A stretch of 64,000 bases of DNA, taken from contig JAHDYR010000028.1 in the NCBI GenBank assembly GCA_019828565.1, positions 124,001 through 188,000 on the forward strand. The letters are read 5' to 3'. The stretch is from Carpediemonas membranifera BICM (taxonomy: Eukaryota > Protista > Fornicata). Below are positions 9,709 to 18,464 of this stretch, piece by piece (position 1 is the stretch's first letter; each line of letters opens with the position of its first letter). The translations under genes were made by a program, and so were the position numbers. The notes beneath the pieces are model-generated. The model ran no database searches. It had not been told where the DNA came from and saw only the letters and a list, made by a program, of their open reading frames with translations.

Positions 9709-12700
9709 AAGCCCTGCCCCCGGTTCTCAGGGTCGAAGGCGTTCCCCACGATCGAGAGCACACTGATGACGGTGCTGCAGCGGTGCCAGGTGGCCGACGC
9801 GGACACCCGGGCGGGTTTGGGGGAGCGGCTCTCCATTGCAATGGACGCCGAGCTGTTGTAAACGCGCGTGGTCTGCAGTAGAATACTAGGTGCCGGCACA
9901 TCATCCCCATGTCAGACGGTAAGAAGCCAGCAGCTCGAGATGCTGCGTGCAGCACTCGGAGTTGCAGTGGGACAAGTCCTTGTGGACGTAGCAAAATGGG
10001 GCTGGCTGGGTCCGGGTTTCCTTGCTGAGCCAAGCCAGGTCGGGGCACCGTGATCTTTCATGTCGATCGCACGAAGCGCCGAGACGGACGGGACGACGGC
10101 AGCGGGAGGGCCTGCTGGTGATGACTGGGAGCAGGGCACGAGAGGCGTCGGACTAGGGACAACACTCTGACACTTCGTGGCGGACGACGTCGAGCCACTG
10201 CACCGCCGAAATCGAAGCCAAGACCTGGTTTAGGCCGCTACTGGTTCACCGCAGGGCGGCAGCGGGCGCCGTGCCTACGGCGTCCGGTCTCTAGGCGGGG
10301 GCTGCGCCTCGGTGAGAGGCAACACGCCTTCCGCAATCGTTGCTGGGGGATTACCGTCCACTTCAGGCTGGCGGCGATAGGAACCGGGCCGGACCTAATT
10401 AAACAACACGACTTCGAGAAGATTCTGACCTGACTTGATCTGACGACATTTGACGACTCCAAACTGTGATTTTGCCCCTATTTTGTAGCCGCATTTTAAG
10501 GTCTTCGGGTCTGTGCTATTGAAGGGTCCAACAATGGGTTTATACTGCGCAACACTGCCCTGTCTCACTCCTACTCACGTCTTAAGTCGGTAGGGAGATC
10601 GTATTCTCCAGGGCTTTCACAAAGCGTCTTCTTCGTGGACGTCAGCACAGCTGCAAACATCACAATCGCTCACACGTCGTCTCATTGTCTTCTATTCCAC
10701 ATTAAATTCACTTCTACACTTGTATATGCTGGTAATGGTGTTCATCGTCGGCTCTTATATGTCACCTTCATCAATGACCAGCTGCACACCTGTAGTGCGC
10801 AACAAGATGGAGATATATACGATCAAAGCCTCCATCAACCAAGCTTTCAGACAGAACTACACCGAAGAACGGAGAGTGGGGATTACGCCGCAGCAAAATA
10901 TCTCTACTCATGCCTGCTGGCCCGGCTCGCGGTTGAATGCTATGCGCAGCGCCGGCAACTCCCCCTACATGACGCCGACTTCCACAACGGACTGCTCACT
11001 CATGTACGCGGCGGTCATCCGGGTCAGGCCTACGCGGCCATCGTGCAGGCGCTCGACACTCTGCCGATGTGGCGGGGAGACTACCACGCGGGATCTGGTC
11101 GCGCAGCTCGAAGGTCGTGCGGAGTCGCATGGAGTGAGTCCCAGTCTCCGGAAGTGGTTCACCCGATACGCCAACTCTGTGAAGCTGTGGCTCGCCCGCA
11201 CGGTGACGACGTACCGTGACAGGCTACAGAGCACCCTCGCCCGACTCGAAGAGGCCCTCGCAGGTGTTGGTTCTCCGGCCTTCTTCCAGCAGGAGTTGGC
11301 CGGCGTTCACGCCATCCTCAACATGGTCAACCCTGAGATCCTCGCGTGTCTCCCCTCGCTGTTCTGGGCGACTCACATGGGTGAGAACGACGGGCTCCCA
11401 GTCTCTCAGGCTGCCCCACGCATTCTCTCTTGCGTCTGGGCAATTGCTGACGGAGTGGAGACGTTGAGTGGCCTCATCAGCCACTTCAACGGGGAGTACT
11501 CGATGTCGCTCCGCCAGCCTCGCCTCGTGCCGATCGTGCCCATGGCCCCCGTCCGACCGGGCTTCATGGCCTACGGTGAAACGATGGGCCTACTGAATGA
11601 TAATTTCTGCCATCGTGTGGGAATTAATCCCACACTCCCACACGCCACCCGCCGTCTGCTCAGCCTGAGCACCGATGGGGTCTGTGTGGCGGTGACGGTT
11701 AAGCGAGGCGGCCGCTATCGGCCACAACATGATGCGAGCATGCCTGTTCGAAAGCGAGCGAAATGGCGGGAGAAAGAGCGCCCCCGACTCGGGACCAATA
11801 ATGCCGAGGCTCCGCCCGCGCCGGATCCTGATGCCCACCTCATGGGGTTCGACCCGGGCGCGAGGTCCATCGGAGGGTATAGTATTACATCAGGCACCCC
11901 GATGGCACCACCAGCTCCGGCGTCCTTCCAAAGTGCGGATACACTAAGACGCCAAGTTTCGGCTTTGATATGACGGCCGCGTCGTTCAAGAGCACAAGAC
12001 TAGTGAGTATCAACAACTCTATTAGGTTTGTGCTGGACAACGCGAACGACATTTTCGAGGCTGGAATGCGTAAGTCTTTCCGCCGAGTGCGCTTTGCGAA
12101 CCACATCCTTCGCCAGAAGCACTTCGCCCGCTGCGGCCAACAGTTGGCTCGGGAGTTCGGTTGGCGTCGCCACCATCCCATCGCCACCCACATTCGCCTG
12201 AAAGTCTTCTACGGGAGCTCGGGATTCACCACGCCTGCTGGTATGTTCATTCCTTGCGCGCCATATCGAAAGTTCGCGAGAGAGATAGTTCCCCTTCTCA
12301 AGGGGTATAACATTGTCGTCGATCTTAACATGGTTAACGAGGACCGCACCACCGTCGTCTGCCCTCACTGCCACGCCCCCTGCAAGCGAGTTCGTCCGCG
12401 TGATGACCAGCACGTTCACCCACATCGTGTGATGCTCTGCGAAAAACCACAGTGCCGTGGTGCTCAGTGGCGCGCAACAGTTCCTGATGCTCTGAATGTT
12501 GATCATCGGGACAAGAGTGCTGCAGAAAACATCCTGTGGCGTTCTCTTGCCACGGAAGATGAGCTCAGTGGCTCTCCGTTCAGTCGCACATTGATCCCGC
12601 GCCTTCCAACATCATTCCAGTATCATCAATTGGCTAACCGCCAACATTCGTCTACGGACGGATGATGTTGTGCAGTTTGGCACTTTGATCGTTCCTTTCA

Positions 12701-12740
12701 GGCCCTGTCTGGAGGTTCGAACAATGTGTTTATACTGCGC
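9709..12740 (+). repeat. copy 1 of a near-identical inverted duplication (partner 18390-21415)
   Basis: Direct comparison shows near identity, with a +1 G (11074-11077), a net +5 nt indel (~11877) and a few substitutions. Confidence 0.97.
10807..12665 (+). pseudogene. Fanzor1-like RuvC nuclease, frameshifted copy
   Basis: Same protein as 18465-20317, but split just after RuvC-I (GFDPGARSIG) by a net 5-nt indel. Confidence 0.85.
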
Positions 12741-12945
12741 GCTGCTCGAACAGGCCATTCAGGTGTTAAATGCTTGAAACTGCCCAGTCTCCCTCCTTGG
12801 TCATGAACATGGCAGCTGACGGCACTCCAGGTGTTATCATTCCAGCACTGGTGCGGCTGTGTCAGGGGATTCTTCGCTCCACCTGCCGGTCAAAGCCCAC
12901 TTGTCCATGGGACTTATGGGATTTACTTATGCGAGTGACGCTTGG

Positions 12946-14754
12946 CTACATCATCCAATATGTCCAGGTCGTCCTCCACCCAGGCCGGCAGCTCCACCGG
13001 GGACACGGGGCGGCTGTCAGCGCCATCCCATTCTTACCGGACAGCGCTGAAAGGTGCGGGTGGACCTTGGCGACCTTGCCCTCTGTGGGCCGGCTGGACT
13101 TGAGACGGGCGCCCACCCGGGCCTTGCGGGCCTTGTTCGACGTCGGAACGTCCTTGGTCACCAGGGCTGGGGCCGCCGCGGTGAGCACAGGGAGAAGTGG
13201 ACCCCGGGCCCGCTTAAGGTCGTCAATCAATTGATTAGGCAGCTTAAACTGCACAGTAATCTCCATGATCTCGTCGAAGCTCTTGACGGGGTTACCGGGC
13301 AGCAAGGTCTGTGCGGCCGCAAACATGGCCTCCGACTCCTTCCTGGCTGCCTCGGTGAGCAGGGCGTCTGCTGTGGCGAGCTGGGCGATGACTCTGCCCC
13401 AAGAGTTGGTGTAAATGCGGTAGACCTGGACCATATCTGCCTCCTCGGCGGTGGGGAGGCCAGTGTCGATGATGGAGATGTCGGCGAGGGTGTCCAGCAG
13501 AGGGACCCTCAGCTTCTGCCGGGCTACCCGGACTCGGCTGGCGTCGAATACGGCCCCGTCGGCCTCAGGCACGCCCTCCATGGTCAGCGCGGTCAGGTCC
13601 TTGTCAACCTGCAGGGCCATGGCGCTGGCTCGGGCCTCGACGAGCACTTTAGGGATGTGGAGCACGGACGAGACCTCCCCCAGGACCTTGGAGCCCGTCA
13701 GCCGGGCCGTGATCGTCGCCAGTCTGACCTTGCGGCGGGACTCGTCCGGTAAGTTCCTGAGGGCCTCGACGACGGCCTCTCGGATGTCGGGACGGGACAG
13801 CCAGTGGTCGAAGACAGTCTCCTCGCACATGTAGGGGTCTGCCGCGACGACACGGACGGTCGGCAGGGAAATGATCGAGTCAAATGACAGGTTCATTTCA
13901 GGGGGGACGGTGTCGGCTGCCCGGACGAAGGCGGCCGTGTTCAGGGCCGTGTGGACAAACTCGACCAGCCCATCCCGGCACTCGGGGCTGAGAAGCGTGT
14001 CGTCCATTCGGATCACGCCGTCCTCCTGAGCTACGGCGTCCCAGGCGGCCTTGAGATCGTCCGTCCCCATTGCCACCCTGGCCGCGAACCCGACCTTGTC
14101 GACGGTGCCGCGGACTACGCTCTTGAGCCGGTCAGTGTACTTGAACGGCAGGAACCGCGTGCCCCTGACCTCCCCGAGGGCGGTGATCTTTGGGTCGCGC
14201 CACATCCGCAGTGCCGAGAGGGCGAAGGACACGGGGGCCGGCTGCATCGACAGGTCAGCCTCGGCCTCCTCAATGGCTGCGATGAGGGCCACGATGCCGT
14301 CCTTGTAGTACTGCGCCGGGTACACCCAGCGGTCGTGTCCCACGTGGTGGCCATCCTCGAGCAGCTTCTCCGTCACAGCTCTGGCCTGGGTCGCGGTCAG
14401 CTTGAACTCCGCGCGGATCTGGTCGATGTTGATGGGCATCACAGGGTTCTGCTCGATACGGCCGGCGACAGTCGATGCGACACGGTTGGGGAACGAAGTC
14501 AAGCATATGGTGCCGTCAACAAGCTCCACCTCGGTGTCGGAGGACGCAATCTCGTAGCAAACAGCCTTAATGTCGCTAGATAGGACATTAAGCTTCTCAC
14601 TGAGAGCTCTGAAGGACGTACTTCCCTCGTCATTGACGATGTCGTGAATATGGCCACGGACGAAGCTACGGAGCATCACAGTCTCACGATCTATCGAATA
14701 AAGCACGTCGAGACCTCTTTTCTCGATAACAAAGTTCAGGAACTGCTCATCCAT
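12946..14754 (-). CDS. UFL1: E3 UFM1-protein ligase 1-like (C-terminal end uncertain)
   Basis: N-terminal LDVLYSIDRE...IHDIVNDEG...LSEKLNV matches the UFL1 winged-helix start. Confidence 0.7.
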   Translation of the reverse strand: MDEQFLNFVIEKRGLDVLYSIDRETVMLRSFVRGHIHDIVNDEGSTSFRALSEKLNVLSSDIKAVCYEIASSDTEVELVDGTICLTSFPNRVASTVAGRIEQNPVMPINIDQIRAEFKLTATQARAVTEKLLEDGHHVGHDRWVYPAQYYKDGIVALIAAIEEAEADLSMQPAPVSFALSALRMWRDPKITALGEVRGTRFLPFKYTDRLKSVVRGTVDKVGFAARVAMGTDDLKAAWDAVAQEDGVIRMDDTLLSPECRDGLVEFVHTALNTAAFVRAADTVPPEMNLSFDSIISLPTVRVVAADPYMCEETVFDHWLSRPDIREAVVEALRNLPDESRRKVRLATITARLTGSKVLGEVSSVLHIPKVLVEARASAMALQVDKDLTALTMEGVPEADGAVFDASRVRVARQKLRVPLLDTLADISIIDTGLPTAEEADMVQVYRIYTNSWGRVIAQLATADALLTEAARKESEAMFAAAQTLLPGNPVKSFDEIMEITVQFKLPNQLIDDLKRARGPLLPVLTAAAPALVTKDVPTSNKARKARVGARLKSSRPTEGKVAKVHPHLSALSGKNGMALTAAPCPRWSCRPGWRTTWTYWMM

Positions 14755-15288
14755 GGACTCGAATGATCGAGCTTATCCTGCGGGTTCAACTACTGAAGTC
14801 TGCTATAGACGATTGAGAGTTACTTTACTGCTTGCACTGTGCACTCTATGATACTTCAACTACCGGGCCTCATCGCCACTCTGAACCCGGCGGTCATTAA
14901 TGTCATGCCGCACTTGTTCCGGGGAGACAGTGTGACGACCTCTCCTGTGTGGCCGCAGAGTTCTACTAAACCATGGCAGGATTCGAGTCAATGTCACAGC
15001 TCAGCCGAACGGCCTGCAACGCGTCACCGCCGGCGAGGCTGCTGTCTTCCCCTCCGCCCACGGCAAGCCCGCCATTGAACCCTGGACCGTCATCGGTCCA
15101 TCGCCACTCGACGCCTCATGAGGTAAGTGAGATTGGCCAAGCCATTTTTGGCGGGAAGGCCGCACAGACGCTTCTCTCGTCGAAGTCCCATGACATCTTG
15201 TAAAAACCGCACTCATGACGTCCCACTCCGCTGCACTTTCCCACCTTTATATGTTACATATCACTGTGGCCGAGCTATGTACGCACTG

Positions 15289-18240
15289 CTATGTCTCGTG
15301 GTCGCTGCTGTAAGGGTCTAGGAGCGACAGGTCGTCGGTGGGGGTACCAGCGGGTGCCCGCACCTCTTTGGATACTCTCGACGATGATGGGCTTCGAACT
15401 ATATTCTTGACCAGCCCTGGAAACAGAGAAAGGATGGCGAGAATGACGGGCGCGATAAGCGTGACACCGGTGGGGCAATGGCTGTAGACCCTCGTGACAG
15501 CCGCGGCGACGCCACCACCGGCGATCATGATGAACGGTTTCTTCTCGCCCGTGGCGAAGTTCGTCTTGTCGCTGCCGAACCACCCCTTGTCCTTGTTCCG
15601 CAGGTACCAGGCCCAGGTGCGGACGTCGCGCGTGTTGGGCTGGGGGTCGTGTGGGCAGTAGCAGCGGCTGCAGATGCCGGGGACAGCCGTCTTGACGTGG
15701 CCATAGTCGAACCAGGTCAACCTCTCACCGTTGATGCACTCCACCGTCTCGAAGAAGTGGTTCCACCCACTCATGGCGTCGGCAAGCCTGAAGTTCCAGA
15801 TTTTCTTCCAATTCCGGCCAGTGTTGAGATAGCCCGTCATGTGGTGGATCATCGTGTCGTTGTACACTGCCAGCAGCATGCCGTGCGTCTGCTCGAGGGC
15901 GGCATCGATTTGATTGTACCCGGAGGCAAGGAATGGTACGTTTCGCATCTGGTTGATGGCGAAACAGCTGAGTAGCTCCTGGTCTGAAAAAGCCCAGAAC
16001 TGTCCAGGGAACTGGCAGCAGTTGGCAGGGTCCTCGGCAAACATGACCAGATCGTTGAAAATATCGCCCAGACGGGGGAGGTCGAGCTTGACCATGCCTC
16101 CGTTGATATGCCAGTCGAGCATGATGTCTTTGGTGAAGGTGATGGGGCTAGGGTGCTCGAAGAGGGCGTCGGGGTTCTTCATGACGAACATGTCGATGTC
16201 AATCATCGCCATGCGCTTGACCGGACGGGACCCGATCTTGCTGAGATATGTGTTAATATTGAGCGAAAGAATGCGCTGGAACGCGCCGAAAAAGGCCTCT
16301 GACTGCACAGTCAGGAGCTTGAGAAGTTCATGGGGCAGCGCGTCGTCCACGAATACATACTCTGCATTGAGCTCGATAAAGCCGTGCATGATGTCGGGGA
16401 ACTTCGTCAGGTCGTCGTGGGACGCGATGATGATGCGCGCCTTGGAGTAGAGGCGGAGGCTGAGCACGAAGGTCAGCGTCTGCCCGGCGTACACGTGGTC
16501 GGCCTTGGTCAGCCACACGACGTACGCGTCGTCGGCGGGGTTCACCGGGACGCGGCGGGTCGTCATCCACTCAGCGGCCTCGAACCGCTCGTCCAGCGTC
16601 ATATACATAAAGGGGAAGAAGTTTCCAGCGGTGACCCCCTCCACGCCCTCTCTCAGCGTCCCCAGGTGTGCCACTGGCCGGACCATGGGCTCTGGGCGAT
16701 CATCCCCAGGATACAGCATGGTCTTCCGGAACCCGGCCGATGCTACACGGTGGATCTTGTCGTTAGTCTGTGCGACGACGTCGGGGGTGAGTAGCGAGAG
16801 GTCCTGGCTTGTCAAGAAGGGGAACCAGCCGACGTCGAGTTGGCGCACGGCGGCGATGGCGTCTGCCACGGTCGGCTGGGTGGCGAGGGCGTGGGTGACA
16901 TGGTCGACGTTGGCATCGCCGTTGGCAATCACGGCGACGTTCAGGCTGCGGTGGAGCTGGAGCCCAGCTCCGTAAGCCTCTTGGGCGTACTGGGAGCGGA
17001 ATATGACGCCGGGGTCAAGCAGGGCCAGCTGGAACCAGCCGGGGTGCTCCCTCTGGAGGCCCTTGATGACGGTGACCAGGTCGTCTTCCCGTCGCGCGTG
17101 GGTACGCTTGACCATTCGGACGTCGCCCATCGCGGTGGCCTTTCGGGCGAAGTCGGTGTCGGTGGAGCTGACGAGCACGCGGACCTGCGGGATGCTCGAG
17201 GCGAAGGCGTGGACGTCGTAGAGCGACATCAGGAAGCGCTTGCAGTCGCGCTCGGCCTCGGGCGTGTCGGCCCACGTGACGAAGATCGCGGCGTTCGTGC
17301 TCTGCGTGTCTGCGTAGGCGAGCGATGTGTCGGGCGTCGGCGTCATGTCGGTGTATCGGAAGATCTCGACGGGGGTGGTTGTGGTCATCAGGCCGGCGAA
17401 CGCGAGGGCGGCGAGAAGCGCCACGGCTTGCATGATGCGGTGACGCCGCACTGCGGGCGAGATGTCCAGCCGCATGTGCACTCTAAGGTACGCAACGGAC
17501 AGGGAGAGCGTCGAACCGACTGCGATGACAAGGACCTCGGTTGTCGGCGCGACTATGGTCATCAGCACGATGGCGCCGGCCAGAGCGTACGGGAAGAGCA
17601 GGACCGGCGTGTCAACGGGATCTACCTGCGAGATGGTGACGAAAGCCTGTGCGTGCAGCGCAATGGTCGCTGCGAAGGCGACGCCGATTGTCGCGCAGCA
17701 TAGGAACGAAGCGGACAGGGGAAGCAGGGTGATGAGACGAGGCAGGTCGAAGACGACTGCAAGAACAAGCGCGCCAGCAGGGGAGCAGGGGAGCATGTTG
17801 GATGTGGATCCGCGCGACCACACGAGAACAGCTACAGCTATTAACAATGCACTCACAATGGCGCCGGCCAATGAGGAAAGAGAAGACCGTTCGACAACAA
17901 AAGCGATCATAGAGGCGACGAATGTCCATGTCACCAGGGACAGAACTGTCAGTGTGAGCGAGGGAACCGACGCGTTCTTCCAGGAAGAGAGAAAAGCAAG
18001 GGACCGATTCCGGTGCCGGTGCTTCAAGGCCACTGTGGCCGCATAAATGAGTGTAAGAGTTGCTAATGCCACAATCTCGGCCTCTATTAGCGCTTCGTCG
18101 CGCCATGGAGGCACCAAGTGACGAAAAATTGCGGCTGCGACAGGAAGTAGCAGGGCTGTAAGGTAAAGAAGTAATACTACACGTATTCTCGTTGTTGGGT
18201 TGTGAAAGCCCACCAGCAATGAGTCCTCGGATCCTGGCAT
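15289..18240 (-). CDS. multi-pass membrane protein with GT8-like (GT-A) glycosyltransferase domain
   Basis: Many N-terminal TM helices; MIDIDMFVMKNPDALF (DxD), INGGM, SDQELL, IHHMTG. Confidence 0.7.
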   Translation of the reverse strand: MPGSEDSLLVGFHNPTTRIRVVLLLYLTALLLPVAAAIFRHLVPPWRDEALIEAEIVALATLTLIYAATVALKHRHRNRSLAFLSSWKNASVPSLTLTVLSLVTWTFVASMIAFVVERSSLSSLAGAIVSALLIAVAVLVWSRGSTSNMLPCSPAGALVLAVVFDLPRLITLLPLSASFLCCATIGVAFAATIALHAQAFVTISQVDPVDTPVLLFPYALAGAIVLMTIVAPTTEVLVIAVGSTLSLSVAYLRVHMRLDISPAVRRHRIMQAVALLAALAFAGLMTTTTPVEIFRYTDMTPTPDTSLAYADTQSTNAAIFVTWADTPEAERDCKRFLMSLYDVHAFASSIPQVRVLVSSTDTDFARKATAMGDVRMVKRTHARREDDLVTVIKGLQREHPGWFQLALLDPGVIFRSQYAQEAYGAGLQLHRSLNVAVIANGDANVDHVTHALATQPTVADAIAAVRQLDVGWFPFLTSQDLSLLTPDVVAQTNDKIHRVASAGFRKTMLYPGDDRPEPMVRPVAHLGTLREGVEGVTAGNFFPFMYMTLDERFEAAEWMTTRRVPVNPADDAYVVWLTKADHVYAGQTLTFVLSLRLYSKARIIIASHDDLTKFPDIMHGFIELNAEYVFVDDALPHELLKLLTVQSEAFFGAFQRILSLNINTYLSKIGSRPVKRMAMIDIDMFVMKNPDALFEHPSPITFTKDIMLDWHINGGMVKLDLPRLGDIFNDLVMFAEDPANCCQFPGQFWAFSDQELLSCFAINQMRNVPFLASGYNQIDAALEQTHGMLLAVYNDTMIHHMTGYLNTGRNWKKIWNFRLADAMSGWNHFFETVECINGERLTWFDYGHVKTAVPGICSRCYCPHDPQPNTRDVRTWAWYLRNKDKGWFGSDKTNFATGEKKPFIMIAGGGVAAAVTRVYSHCPTGVTLIAPVILAILSLFPGLVKNIVRSPSSSRVSKEVRAPAGTPTDDLSLLDPYSSDHET

Positions 18241-18385
18241 TCAGTTGCCGTACTCCGCAGCTTAGGGCTTTGCATAATTTTGTGTACCGCGTATCATTGT
18301 ACGCTGGCCCTAAGTGTGAGCATGCCTGCGTACGCAAACCTGAGGGGTAGCTGGGGGATCACAAATTTTCCACAGATTCTGACCC

Positions 18386-18464
18386 TGTTGCGCAGTATAA
18401 ACACATTGTTCGAACCTCCAGACAGGGCCTGAAAGGAACGATCAAAGTGCCAAACTGCACAACA
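18386..18464 (-). ncRNA. candidate Fanzor omega-RNA scaffold / element end
   Basis: Starts exactly after the nuclease stop. Its ends pair (TGTTGTGCAGT / ACTGCGCAACA, one G-U). Conservation between copies ends here. Confidence 0.45.

Noticed and set aside
10484-12740. Bacterial IS200/IS605 or IS607 TnpB contamination
   Set aside because: The element is embedded among intron-containing eukaryotic genes, has the Fanzor1-type motif arrangement and has no adjacent TnpA.
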